Part shown: positions 28,042 to 38,051 of the stretch, one piece after another
How the letters are laid out: the number at the start of each line of letters is the position of its first letter
Numbering within the stretch: the first letter of the stretch is position 1
NCBI GenBank assembly: GCA_965218425.1
Contig: OZ244621.1
Location: 1,024,001-1,088,000 of the forward strand
Length of the DNA: 64,000 nucleotides
Origin: an uncultured Candidatus Binatia bacterium
Lineage (GTDB): Bacteria; Desulfobacterota; Binatia; UBA9968; CAXXLF01
Direction of reading: 5' to 3'
Notes under the pieces: generated by a model
What the model saw: the letters and a program-made list of their open reading frames with translations, nothing else
Database searches by the model: none
What the model was told of the DNA's origin: nothing
Program-made: the position numbers and the translations under genes

Positions 28042-29142
28042 CTACCTGTCGCGAATATACTTGTTATACATTTTGCGACGCAGTTTTTTCTCCTGGTCTC
28101 TGTACTCGCTCCAGAGACGCTCTGAATCGACGGCTTCCTGATGGGCCTTCTTAGCCGACACAAATGTCGCCGGCAGACCTGTTACCTTCTCTATTCCCGC
28201 GCGAAATTTACCCTTCTTCATGGCGCCTGCAAGAGCCTTCCGATACACGTTAACGATATGGTCGGGCGTCTTGGGTGACAGCACCACGGGCTTGTTCATG
28301 GCCTGGGGTGCTTCGATCATAGCCGTCCAAATCTCCTTCTGCTTGTCGTTGAGCAAGCTGTATACCTGGGGGACATGCGATGTGTCGGGCATCTCCGAGT
28401 TGCCCTTCATCTTGACGCCGAAATATGTGACGTCCAGGATTGGTTTTAGCCTACCCTTAGCTACCCAACCGGGCCGCAACTTGGGCATGCCAAACCACCT
28501 GCCGGATCCCCCCACCAACACGTTCATGTTGCCCCGCTCCATCTCAAGGAGGGTTACGGAGGTGCCCCGCTCAGCAATGACTCCGAACTGGGCGGGCAGA
28601 TCCAGCCAATCTGCTAGCAGCATCAACTCAAAGGCCTGGGTGTTCATGTCCTGTGGGCTCGCGATCTGGTCCAGGTATTTTAGTGGCGGCCCCTTTTTCC
28701 CCATGGCGTCTCTGATGTCCTTGTAGGGCAGCTCGTAGCCTCCAATGATGGTGGTCCGGTCGCCAATATCTCCTAGGAATTTGAACTGGCTGCTCTTGAA
28801 CTCCGCCTGCGAGAGGGTCTGTTCCCTTAGGATCGCGGTGGAGTGCATGAACACCGTCAACCCGTCCCCTCTGGAGCGCCAGACATAGTTAAGGGCGTGA
28901 ACATGGGGAGGGATGTTGGTGACGACGAAACGCGGATTTCCCGGAAAATGCTTGCCCCAGTTCCCGGCCAAGTAGCGCAGCAGGATGTCCGTGCCGCCAC
29001 CAGGCCTCGAGCCTGTAATAAACCGGATTGTTTTTCCCTTAAAATAGGACTCGGCGTCGAAACTGAGGGCCTTTTGGGGTCCCACGACTGCCAAGACAAC
29101 GGCGAGAAGAAAAACCCATGCAACTCCTTCGTCCCTTCTCAT
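28042..29142 (-). CDS. TctC/Bug-like periplasmic substrate-binding protein
   Basis: Signal peptide; YFKGKTI..ITGSRPGGGTD, HFPGNP..VV.N, P.TP..IV motifs. Confidence 0.8.
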   Translation of the reverse strand: MRRDEGVAWVFLLAVVLAVVGPQKALSFDAESYFKGKTIRFITGSRPGGGTDILLRYLAGNWGKHFPGNPRFVVTNIPPHVHALNYVWRSRGDGLTVFMHSTAILREQTLSQAEFKSSQFKFLGDIGDRTTIIGGYELPYKDIRDAMGKKGPPLKYLDQIASPQDMNTQAFELMLLADWLDLPAQFGVIAERGTSVTLLEMERGNMNVLVGGSGRWFGMPKLRPGWVAKGRLKPILDVTYFGVKMKGNSEMPDTSHVPQVYSLLNDKQKEIWTAMIEAPQAMNKPVVLSPKTPDHIVNVYRKALAGAMKKGKFRAGIEKVTGLPATFVSAKKAHQEAVDSERLWSEYRDQEKKLRRKMYNKYIRDR

Positions 29143-29289
29143 AACGGCCTCCTTATCGCTATAGATAGTCACTGAAAATTAGAACACCCTAACTAGGCGG
29201 GAGGCCTAGCTTATCTTGTCCAGCGCAAAAATCAACCCACCGCCAGCAAGTTTGACGTTTTCCCCTTTCCTACGCCCTCAGAACCGAGG

Positions 29290-30177
29290 CTAGCCCTCAT
29301 CCTTGACCTTCAGTTCCATTGCGCCGATTTTTTCAATGGCCCCCTTAAGGTGATCGCCATCAACGAGTTTTCGTACGCCCGCAGGGGTCCCCGTAGTAAT
29401 TAGCTCTCCCGGGCGAAGGGTCAGCACGCTTGTGAGGAAACGAATGTGCTCCCGCAACTCGCAGATCATGTCGCTGGTGTGCGCCGTCATGACGGGTTTT
29501 CCGTTCTGCTCCACCGTAATGGTGAGGTTTTGGGGCTCCTCGATCTCGTTCCGGGTCACGATCCACGGGCCCAGGCCGGCAAAAGTGTCAAAACCCTTGC
29601 GAATATTCCGGGTGTTCTGCCGGTTCATGCCCCAGGGGTCTCGCTGGCTGATGTCCCAGCAGATGGTGTAGCCGAATACGTAATTCAGGGCCTCTTCCTC
29701 GCTGACACGCCTGGCCCGTTTCCCAATGACCGCACAGAGCTCGCATTCGAAGTCAACCAGCTTCGATATTTTGGGAATAATAACCGTGTCCCCAGGTCCG
29801 ATAAGAGCCGAGGTGGGTTTGAGAAAGAATTCCGCCATCAGGTCGTCCTTGTCCAGTTGAGACCTGTCGGAAGCTCCTACTCTCCCCACCATCTCTTCCT
29901 GGTGCGCCTTATAATTAGCCGCCGCCGCCCACAAGGAAGGCGGATTCAAAATTGGCGCCAGGAGCTTGACCGCACTCAGCGGGACGGGCGAACTCGTTTT
30001 CAGGGCATCCCTGGCGCATTCCATCGCTGCAGGTTCGTTGGCCAGTGCTTCTATGACCTCGATCATGGTATAGCGCTCCCTCAAACGCCCCGCTTTGAGC
30101 ATTGTGTCCCCGATGGGATAAACCTGATCCCCAACCACGGCGCCCGCCTGGTTGGAATTGTAGTGGCATACTTTCAT
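29290..30177 (-). CDS. Fumarylacetoacetate hydrolase family protein
   Basis: ANY..H, FFLKP, DFECEL, GYTICWDISQRD, KGFDTF, TGTPAGV; GGAGG RBS supports start at 30177. Confidence 0.9.
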   Translation of the reverse strand: MKVCHYNSNQAGAVVGDQVYPIGDTMLKAGRLRERYTMIEVIEALANEPAAMECARDALKTSSPVPLSAVKLLAPILNPPSLWAAAANYKAHQEEMVGRVGASDRSQLDKDDLMAEFFLKPTSALIGPGDTVIIPKISKLVDFECELCAVIGKRARRVSEEEALNYVFGYTICWDISQRDPWGMNRQNTRNIRKGFDTFAGLGPWIVTRNEIEEPQNLTITVEQNGKPVMTAHTSDMICELREHIRFLTSVLTLRPGELITTGTPAGVRKLVDGDHLKGAIEKIGAMELKVKDEG

Positions 30178-30295
30178 TTTCGTGACCTCCAATTCTTGAA
30201 TGTCGAGCCTACGGGGCTCCGAATCTACCCGTCTAATATCCGATGCAGGCAACAGAATGCAATGAGGCGATGGGTAAGGGCTTTTTCTTGTGCCG

Positions 30296-30652
30296 TCAGC
30301 GCAAACTCCATGCCGCCCAGATGATATGAAATATCATAACCCACATCGTGGCGTCTCCGCTTCCCAGTCCCAGGATCACACGCCCATTGGAGATTTCATT
30401 CAGAGTGGCGGACTGGTTGGCAATGACTGTCGGGTCCCGGAAAGTCATGGTCAAAATGGCCGTTCCGAGGTGGACGCGCTTGGTACGGGTGGCCGCCACA
30501 GCCAATACTTGGAAAGGGTCGAGACCGCTGGTGAGGGCCTCCCCATAGAACATGCCGTCGAAACCAAGCTCTTCCGCCGATACGGCCCGGCCAACTTCGT
30601 TTTCGATATGACGATCCCGTGCGGCCCCTGCAAGGCAAAAACGGACTCCCAT
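30296..30652 (-). pseudogene. LLM-class oxidoreductase, truncated
   Basis: AEELGFD, DPF..LA..A..T.RVHLGTA, RDP...A, SNGRVILGLGSG, then loss of family similarity after ~105 aa. Confidence 0.75.
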
Positions 30653-30807
30653 GGATCACCCCGCTGCAAACAGATAGTGACCCGCCTGCTACCATAGGAC
30701 TCGTACTCTCTCAACGCTCCCCTATCTCTCTTCTGATCAGTGACGCATAGTCATGATCCAAATCTTTATTGGTTGAAGGTTTGGCGTGGTCCTGTTAGGG
30801 TATCACA

Positions 30808-32127
30808 GTGGAAACAGAAGCAGAATCTCGCCTCAAAGCACGCCCGCCCTTAACTCTCCCTTTTTTCTACGGTTGGCTGGTGGTGGCCCTGAGCTTTATG
30901 ACTGCCCTGGCTACCTCGGGTACCCGTTCCGCGCTTACCGTGATGATCGTTCCATTAGAAGCAGAGTTTGGATGGAGCCGTGCTACGATTGCCGCCGCCG
31001 CCAGCATGAACCTTTTTCTCCTTGGGCTGATGGCGCCACTGGGGGGGTTCCTCATGGACCGTTTCGGCCCTCGGCGTATGATACTCACCAGCCTCACCCT
31101 GCTGATCATAGGAATCATATCAACGACACAGATGCGACATCTCTGGCAACTGGTACTCTTCTGGGGAGTCATTACCGGCCTCGGCGGAGGACTGCTCGGT
31201 GCAGTTCTGGGAGCCACCGTAGCCAACCGCTGGTTCGTGGCTAAGCGCGGTTTGGCCTTGGGCATCCTCAACAGCTCCAATTCCACCGGGCAGTTAATCT
31301 TTTTACCCTTGTTGATGGCCGTGATTGTCATCGCTGGATGGCGCGGGAGCGTTCTCCTAGTAGTGGGCTTTGCTTTGATCATGTTACCGGTCATCGCTTT
31401 TCTCATGAGGGATGACCCCTCGGAGGTGGGTCTCAAACCCCTGGGACTGGAGGAAACTGGCACCTCCCCAACGGGTCAGCCAAATCGCAATCCAAGCGCT
31501 ACGGAAATGGCCCGAACCACCTCCATTAAAGAAGCCGTCAAAACGCCCATCTTCTGGCTCCTGTGCGCATGTTTTTTTGTTTGCGGGGCTACTTCCGGCG
31601 GACTGATTGGAACCCACCTCATCCCCCACGCCATCGACCAGGGGTTTCCTGAGGTGAAGGCCGCCGCCACCATAGGAGTGATGGGCGGAATGAATTTTGT
31701 CGGCACGATGCTGTCGGGTCTGATGACGGATCGTGTCCAGCCACGAAAACTGCTGGCGATATTCTATTCACTGCGAGGAGTGTCGCTGTTTATCCTTCCC
31801 TATGTCACTTCCTTCCCGGGGCTCTTCATCTTCGCGGTTATCTATGGGTTGGACTGGTTCGCCACAGTTCCGCCAACCATTGCAATTGCCGCGGACTCCT
31901 TTGGAAGACGTTCCATTGGCCGCGTTTACGGATGGATCTTCCTGTCCCACCAGGTGGGCTCCGCATGCGCCGCCCTGGGAGCGGGAATTTTGTACAATTG
32001 GCTTGGCAACTACAATCTCGCCTTCGTCATCGGTGGCGTGTTGGGGCTCATGGCAGGCGCCACAGCACTAAGTATGCCGGACCGGCCCCCGGCGACACTG
32101 GCCAGCCCTGTTCCCGCTAAATCGTAG
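30808..32127 (+). CDS. MFS transporter
   Basis: FFYGWLVV, DRFGPRR, NRWFVAKRGLALG, YGLDWFATVPPT, HQVG motifs. Confidence 0.9.
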   Translation: METEAESRLKARPPLTLPFFYGWLVVALSFMTALATSGTRSALTVMIVPLEAEFGWSRATIAAAASMNLFLLGLMAPLGGFLMDRFGPRRMILTSLTLLIIGIISTTQMRHLWQLVLFWGVITGLGGGLLGAVLGATVANRWFVAKRGLALGILNSSNSTGQLIFLPLLMAVIVIAGWRGSVLLVVGFALIMLPVIAFLMRDDPSEVGLKPLGLEETGTSPTGQPNRNPSATEMARTTSIKEAVKTPIFWLLCACFFVCGATSGGLIGTHLIPHAIDQGFPEVKAAATIGVMGGMNFVGTMLSGLMTDRVQPRKLLAIFYSLRGVSLFILPYVTSFPGLFIFAVIYGLDWFATVPPTIAIAADSFGRRSIGRVYGWIFLSHQVGSACAALGAGILYNWLGNYNLAFVIGGVLGLMAGATALSMPDRPPATLASPVPAKS

Positions 32128-32139
32128 CTGTGAGCTCCG

Positions 32140-33294
32140 CTACCGTCCCCAGAGCTGCTTGGTAGCGATGCGGGCGCCTTCGGCCATGGCCTGGAACTTG
32201 GCCCAACCGATGTTGGGGTGGCTCACCCTCGATCCAATACCGCAGTCAGTGCCCGCGATGACGTTTTCACGCCCCACTAGCTTCGCGTACCGCACCAGCC
32301 TCTGCGCCACCAGCTCCGGGTGTTCAATAAAATCACAGGCGTGACCGATGACCCCGGGAATAAAAATTTTTCCTTCGGGGAACTTGACCTCCTCCCAGAC
32401 CTTCCACTCATGTTCATGGCAGGGGTTAGAGGCTTCAATGGAGTAGGCGCTGGCCCGCACCTTGAGGACGATATCGACGATATCTTTGAGGGGAATATCG
32501 TATTTATGGGGGCCATGGTAGCTGCCCCAGCACATATGGAAACGTACCCTGTCTATGGGCAGTTCCCTCAAGGCATGGTTCAGGGCGTCAATGCGCATCT
32601 CGGCGAATTTCCGGTACTCAGCCACAGCCATATGTGAGTGAATTTGCCATCCATCGGCGAGGTCGGGGTCGTCGATCTGGAGGATGAAACCCGCGTCCAC
32701 AATGGCCTTGTACTCTTCTCCCATGGCCTCGGCAATGGCGTAGACGTAGGCTTCGTCGCTTGGGTAATATTCATTGGTCATCCAATGCTCGATGGTACCG
32801 GGCGCTACAGCGGGAAGAAAGGCCTCCCCGGCCTTTGCGGCCTGAAGTGCCGCCTTGAAATTCTCAATATCTGTTTGAACTGCGGCATGGCCCACATACT
32901 TGAGGGGTCCCGTGCAGAAAAATTGTCTTGCGTGTCGACCGATAACGGCACGTCCCCCTCGGTTAAAGTACTCCGCGAATTCCGCCATGTCCCGACCGAA
33001 TATGGACACCGGCGGTTCTCCTGTTTTGGGCTCCTTTTCTTCAAACCCCGCGAGACGTTCGCGGGCATAGTTGGAAAAATTAGGCTTTCCGTACTCGCCA
33101 TCGTTGACAATATCGAGGCCCGAGTCCACCTGCTTTTTTACCACCTCCACCACTGCGTCCCGCTCGCGCTTTGCAAAGAGTTCTCGGTCGTAGGGTTTTC
33201 CCGCAAGCTTGCGGTTTAACATTTCCATCAGGTCCGCCGGACGTGCGAGGCTTCCAGCATGGGTAGTGAGGATTCTTTCGCTGCTTCGTTTCAT
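32140..33294 (-). CDS. Cobalamin-independent methionine synthase II-like (MetE C-terminal-like) Zn enzyme
   Basis: TTHAGSLAR, NDGE, LQIDDP, FHMCWG (HxC), TDCG motifs; half the length of MetE. Confidence 0.88.
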   Translation of the reverse strand: MKRSSERILTTHAGSLARPADLMEMLNRKLAGKPYDRELFAKRERDAVVEVVKKQVDSGLDIVNDGEYGKPNFSNYARERLAGFEEKEPKTGEPPVSIFGRDMAEFAEYFNRGGRAVIGRHARQFFCTGPLKYVGHAAVQTDIENFKAALQAAKAGEAFLPAVAPGTIEHWMTNEYYPSDEAYVYAIAEAMGEEYKAIVDAGFILQIDDPDLADGWQIHSHMAVAEYRKFAEMRIDALNHALRELPIDRVRFHMCWGSYHGPHKYDIPLKDIVDIVLKVRASAYSIEASNPCHEHEWKVWEEVKFPEGKIFIPGVIGHACDFIEHPELVAQRLVRYAKLVGRENVIAGTDCGIGSRVSHPNIGWAKFQAMAEGARIATKQLWGR

Positions 33295-33329
33295 ATTATT
33301 TTTCCCGATTTCTATAGTGAGATCATTTT

Positions 33330-33485
33330 AGCGGAAATTTATGTTTTTTGATTATTCAGATTTATTTCGAACTTCGAATTCGCAGTTTGATTTATACTTG
33401 GCGTGCCTTATGGTTCGACCATGCTACTACCCTGAGTTCATCGAAGGGCGTCTTAGCGCGAGAATTTTTTGTTCCGATTTCCTAA
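33330..33485. repeat. Heptamer repeat plus REP-like palindrome
   Basis: TATTTCG-AACTTCG-AATTCG heptamers and GGTTCGACCATGCT...CCCTGAGTTCATCGAAGGG; similar arrangement at 13340-13445. Confidence 0.5.
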
Positions 33486-33554
33486 TCCAACATTCAACCG
33501 AAAATTTCAAGATACGTTTGACTACGAACGTTCCCTCACAGTGACAGTGTTTAG

Positions 33555-34025
33555 TTAGATAGGTCCCTCTAGACGATAGGTCTTGCCCGCGAGACGGGCA
33601 ACGGGAAGCAGGTCCTTGTCCACATGGCAGGCCAGCGCCTGGACCTAGAAAAATGACCATTCCTTCGGCCTCCATCTCGTTCAACACACGGCACTCCACA
33701 TTGTTGGCATGGCACCCTTTGACCAGGGGAGCCTTCACCTGCTTGGCCGGCTGGGTTTCAAACCCGAGGGCCTCGAACCTATCCTCCACGGTGCGACCGG
33801 TAAGTCCTCGGCTCTTGTCGATGGCGTCCAACTGTTTTTCGGAACAGGCGTTAAGGACAAACTCTCGATTCTCCCGGATAATCTCCAGGCTATAGTTCTT
33901 GTTCTGGATGCATACGAGAAGGAGTGGTGGAGTACCGGAGATTCCCAGAGCGCGGAAGGCAAACTGGACGTTGCGCCTATGGAGGTCACCCTGTATGCAC
34001 TTTTCAAATCAACTTCTTTCAGCAT
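33555..34025 (-). pseudogene. Flavin reductase (DIM6/NTAB-like) pseudogene
   Basis: Three frames join into MLKEVDLKSAYRVTSIG / GISGTPPLLLVCIQNKNYSLEIIRENREFVLN...DRFEALG...VKAPLVKGCHANNVECRV / VQALACHVDKDLLPVARLAGKTYRLEGPI*. Confidence 0.75.
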
Positions 34026-34055
34026 ATTCGGTCTCCCGCCTTGATTCTTCGCAGA

Positions 34056-34244
34056 CTAAAGGCCTACCACTTGTGGTGAGTCCTCCTTGGCGAACTCTTC
34101 GGAGCAATGATTGCACCAGATTTTAACATGAGCAAATCGGGGCAACCAAAACGTCTTTTTCGCATACACAACTTTTCTACAATGGGGGCATACCACAAAG
34201 CAAAACTTATCGGCACCTGGTTTGATTTGATACTCAGACATCAC
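34056..34244 (-). CDS. Small Zn-ribbon protein coupled to UbiD
   Basis: 62 aa with CPHC...CNHC; start overlaps the UbiD stop codon. Confidence 0.7.
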   Translation of the reverse strand: MMSEYQIKPGADKFCFVVCPHCRKVVYAKKTFWLPRFAHVKIWCNHCSEEFAKEDSPQVVGL

Positions 34245-35689
34245 TGGGGCTCCCTTTCTAGCCTTTTAAGAGCGTCTCCATCTAGATAGTCCTCAAGGCG
34301 GAGGTTCTTTTCCAGTTCGGCAGGGAATTTGATACTCTCCTCGAATTGTCTGGGAAAGCCTTCAGCAGGAGAGGGAGGAAGGGTCAGGTCAAATCCCGCC
34401 TTTGCCGTTATATGTCCGTCCCCCACCCGCACGCTGATGGGGTCGATGACCGTATCTGGAAGTCCGGAAATGAGAACCATATCACGATCCAATTGGGCCC
34501 GATTTACTAGCGCCAGTATAACTTCCCGGTCATCAAAGATATCCACATCGTCATCCACCACAAACACGTACTTGAGCCGGTTGTCCACTGGCAGGGCAGC
34601 CGAGATGATTGCCTTTGGGTACCCAACGACTGAGCCACTGACTTGCACGTAGGCAATGCGGCGGCAGAAGCCAGACAGGGGGAAATGGACGTTTTTCACT
34701 GATGGAGCCACTTTTCTGCAGGCATCGTAAACAGCCGCTTCCAGGGCAAATCCCCCCATCACTAGATTATCGGCATGACCCACAGCGATATCGTGGTATT
34801 GTGCATTCCGACGGTGGGTAATGCAGGTAACTCGCACTGCCGGCGCTGGACCGATAGGGATCATGGTCTTCGCATGATCGCCCGCATAGTGCCCGGATTC
34901 CCAACCTTCCCGAGTGGCGTACCCTTCAATAACAATCTCTGCTTCAGCAGGCACCTGAAGCTGGGTTCCGAATGTTTCCGTAGGAACCAGCTTTAACGGC
35001 TCACCTATGATACCCCCGATGCCGGGATAGTGGCTTTCAGGATGAGAAAGTTTCTGCTGGCCGCCGAGGGAGGCCGCCGGATGATGGCCGATCCAGAACG
35101 CGACGGGGCAATCCTCACCCTTGTCCCACCATGCCTTCATGTTCAGTGAATTATGCGAGGCCGGGCCGTTTGACCAAACGATCTTATCCCGACCCCTAAT
35201 TGAAGCACTTTGGAGGGAGCAATTATCGATACCCGTCGCGGGGTCCACCGTCGTTGCCATACCGGCAGTAAACCGTTGGCCTGAGGTACCCTGGTGATGA
35301 CTAATTACGGGAAGCTTATTTAGATCCACTTGGTCTCCTTTGAGAATGACCTCCTTCACCGGGGCACCCTCCCCGCTCATCACTTCAGGGGGAATTTTCT
35401 TTGACATCAGATTGAAATAACCCTGCGCCACATCTTGAAGGGAAATGTCTAGGGCCGCAGCACAACGCTTACGGCTGGCCAACAGATTCGTAACCACAGG
35501 AAAGTTTAACCTGTCACCTGAAGGAGACACCGGATTCTCAAAGACAAGAATGGGAAAAAGCTGCTGCTTTTCCAACTGAGCGGCCAATGCAGTCATCTCA
35601 TGCTTGACGGAAACTTCCCTCTTTATACGGCACACCTCGTGAGGGAATCTCTCTTCCCAATCATTGAAAAACGTCCGCAGATTCTTCAT
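34241..35689 (-). CDS. UbiD-family (prFMN) decarboxylase, atypical active site
   Basis: P.LVFEN, VVTNLLASR, DL.KLP, VPAEAEIVIEG, VVDDDVDIFD, K.GFDLT motifs. Confidence 0.9.
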   Translation of the reverse strand: MKNLRTFFNDWEERFPHEVCRIKREVSVKHEMTALAAQLEKQQLFPILVFENPVSPSGDRLNFPVVTNLLASRKRCAAALDISLQDVAQGYFNLMSKKIPPEVMSGEGAPVKEVILKGDQVDLNKLPVISHHQGTSGQRFTAGMATTVDPATGIDNCSLQSASIRGRDKIVWSNGPASHNSLNMKAWWDKGEDCPVAFWIGHHPAASLGGQQKLSHPESHYPGIGGIIGEPLKLVPTETFGTQLQVPAEAEIVIEGYATREGWESGHYAGDHAKTMIPIGPAPAVRVTCITHRRNAQYHDIAVGHADNLVMGGFALEAAVYDACRKVAPSVKNVHFPLSGFCRRIAYVQVSGSVVGYPKAIISAALPVDNRLKYVFVVDDDVDIFDDREVILALVNRAQLDRDMVLISGLPDTVIDPISVRVGDGHITAKAGFDLTLPPSPAEGFPRQFEESIKFPAELEKNLRLEDYLDGDALKRLEREPQ

Positions 35690-35745
35690 CCCCGTACCTC
35701 CGGAATTTTTCTGACAGCTGCGATCGATTTCACAGAGCTCACTAT

Positions 35746-36762
35746 CTAAGAGAAGGCAGGCATTACGCGCTCAGCGAACAACCGGATGTTTTTCAGGGCC
35801 ATCTCGTTGGGCATCCCACCGAAATGAAACGTGCCTGACATGGTGGTGAGCCCCACCTCTTCCTGCCAACGGTGAATGGCATTGATACAGCGCTGGGGAT
35901 CCCCTGCAATGATAAATCCTTTTTCGATCTCCGAGGCAAAATCGCTCCGAGACCGCAGTGTCGACTCACGATTTGGGTCAGCCGCCTTATGGGCGTCATG
36001 ATAGTTTTTCAAATGCGGCTCCGTATCATGCACCGCCTGCTCTAAACTATCGGTCACATAGACGTGAAACTTCCCGAGAACTTCACCCTTCCCATGTCCA
36101 GTTTCACCAAGGGCTTTCTTGTACACCCCGATATTCTTATCCAAAAAGTCCGGCGTCGGATACATGTATGGCAAGGTCATCAAATTAAAGCCATTTTCGC
36201 CGGCCCACCGGAAGGTGTCTTCGCTCTTCGCGGCGCCGACCCAGATGGGCGGGTGCGGGCGCTGCACCGGTTTGGGCAGCACATTGACGTCTTGGTATTC
36301 GAACAACTCACCACGGAAATTCACCGGCTCATCCGACCAGGCCTGCTGGATAATCGCAGTTGCTTCCTTCATGTGCACGGTAGCCGTATCCATGGAAAGA
36401 CCTGACCGCCGGTATTCCACGGGTTCACTCCCCTTGCCGACCCCGAACTCCAACCGCCCACCGGAAATGACGTCCGCCATGGCGTAAGCCTCTGCCAATT
36501 CAAGGGGTTTATGCAACGGGAGCACGCTGATGGCCACCCCTAGTCGAATGGTTTTCGTGGTGCGGGCAATGGCCGCCAAAAAGGCGGGAGGATGGGGAAT
36601 GGTGCCCCCATATCCGCTGAAGTGGTGCTCGGTGACCCAGATATCATGATACCCGAGCCGCTCGAATTCTTCCATCTGCTCGAACATAACTCCGTAGAAT
36701 TGATTGACCGGGCCCTCGAGACTGGGGACATACGTGGGAAGATAATGAGCACCAAATCGCAT
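35746..36762 (-). CDS. LLM-class (luciferase-like) flavin-dependent oxidoreductase
   Basis: WVTEHHF, IRLG, SGGRLEFGVGKG, PKPVQRPHPPIW. Confidence 0.92.
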   Translation of the reverse strand: MRFGAHYLPTYVPSLEGPVNQFYGVMFEQMEEFERLGYHDIWVTEHHFSGYGGTIPHPPAFLAAIARTTKTIRLGVAISVLPLHKPLELAEAYAMADVISGGRLEFGVGKGSEPVEYRRSGLSMDTATVHMKEATAIIQQAWSDEPVNFRGELFEYQDVNVLPKPVQRPHPPIWVGAAKSEDTFRWAGENGFNLMTLPYMYPTPDFLDKNIGVYKKALGETGHGKGEVLGKFHVYVTDSLEQAVHDTEPHLKNYHDAHKAADPNRESTLRSRSDFASEIEKGFIIAGDPQRCINAIHRWQEEVGLTTMSGTFHFGGMPNEMALKNIRLFAERVMPAFS

Positions 36763-36823
36763 GAATTATTACCTCCTTATTTTTCCATGCCAAAGGCAAG
36801 GAAGACTAAAGATGCACGGGTCC

Positions 36824-36852
36824 TTTATATTCCGAGGGCTGCGGAGTGTCAA
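36824..36852 (-). promoter_or_regulatory. Sigma70-type promoter of the downstream LLM paralog
   Basis: TTGACA-N17-TATAAA; the same TGCGTTGACAC is also found upstream of the paralog near 37978-37988. Confidence 0.6.
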
Positions 36853-36890
36853 CGCAGGTTAGCTTGGTGGGGCGGGATACGGCTGGGTTA

Positions 36891-37898
36891 TTAAAGGAAT
36901 GCAGGCATTACCTGCTCTGCAAACAATCTGATGTTTTTCAGAGCCATCTCCTGTGGCATACCACCAAAATAAAACGTCCCCGACAGCGTGGTGAGACCCA
37001 CCTCTTCCCGCCAATGATGGATGGAATCGATACAGCGTTGGGGGTCTCCCGCTATGATGAATCCCCGCTCTAGCTGAGCGGCAAAATCCCTCGGAGAACC
37101 CAGCTTCCGATGGGGGTCGGCAGCCCTATGGGTGGCGTGATAGTTGTTTAGGTATGGCTCTGCCTCCCGCACCGCCCGGTCCATGCTATCTGCCACATAA
37201 ATATGGAACTTACCGAGAATTTCACGTCTCCCATGCCCCGCCTGAGACAAGACCTTGCGGTACAACTGGAAGTGAGCGCGCATCTCCTCCGGGCTTGGAG
37301 CCATATAAGGGAGAGTCATTAGATGAAACCCATTCTCAGCTGCCCAACGAAAGGACTCTTCGCTTCGGGCCCCAACCCACATGGGGGGGTGCGGGCGTTG
37401 CACCGGTTTGGGCAGTACATTGACGTCCTGGTAGTCGAAGAACTCGCCATGGAAGTTGACCTGTTCGTCGGACCAGGCCTGCCGGATAATTTCTGCGGCC
37501 TCCCTGGTTAGCTGACTGGAGGTTTCCTCAGGAGTATGGGTTTTTCTAAACTCATGGGGTTCGTTGCCCCTTCCAACCCCCATCTCCAACCGTCCATTTG
37601 ATATAACGTCCACCATTCCGTAAGACTCCGCCACGTCCAGGGGGCTATGAAACGGGAGCACGCTGAGGGCGACTCCAAGACGAATCTTCTGTGTGGTACG
37701 GGCGATGGCGGACAAAAAGGTTGGCGGATGGGGAACGGTTCCCCCGTAGTAACCGAAGTGATGTTCGGTAATCCACAAGTCACTAAATCCTAACCCCTCC
37801 AGTCCATCCATTTGTTGGAACATCAACTGGTAGAAGTTGGCCACCGACCCGTCCATCTCGGGGATATAGGTGGGAAGATAATGAGCGCCAAATCGCAT
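36891..37898 (-). CDS. LLM-class flavin-dependent oxidoreductase, tandem paralog
   Basis: Same motifs; long identical blocks with 35746-36762, e.g. YQDVNVLPKPVQRPHPP and EMALKNIRLFAE. Confidence 0.92.
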   Translation of the reverse strand: MRFGAHYLPTYIPEMDGSVANFYQLMFQQMDGLEGLGFSDLWITEHHFGYYGGTVPHPPTFLSAIARTTQKIRLGVALSVLPFHSPLDVAESYGMVDVISNGRLEMGVGRGNEPHEFRKTHTPEETSSQLTREAAEIIRQAWSDEQVNFHGEFFDYQDVNVLPKPVQRPHPPMWVGARSEESFRWAAENGFHLMTLPYMAPSPEEMRAHFQLYRKVLSQAGHGRREILGKFHIYVADSMDRAVREAEPYLNNYHATHRAADPHRKLGSPRDFAAQLERGFIIAGDPQRCIDSIHHWREEVGLTTLSGTFYFGGMPQEMALKNIRLFAEQVMPAFL

Positions 37899-38051
37899 AG
37901 ACGTCTACCTCGGTTATCTAATACGCAAACAAGGGACACGCAGTATACGCGCGCATATATATCTCTAATGGCGCTGATGTGTCAACGCATACCATCGGGG
38001 GGCAATGCCTGAGGTAAAGGGATAAGGTGTGAGGGACCGATTATCTGTTTC

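Noticed and set aside
29446..30324. Long antisense ORFs (also 44291-44881, 43458-44003, 41084-41635, 30867-31463)
   Set aside because: They are shadows of well-supported genes on the opposite strand, as expected in GC-rich DNA.
32140..33294. Calling this gene metE
   Set aside because: It lacks the N-terminal folate-binding barrel, so methionine synthase function cannot be inferred.
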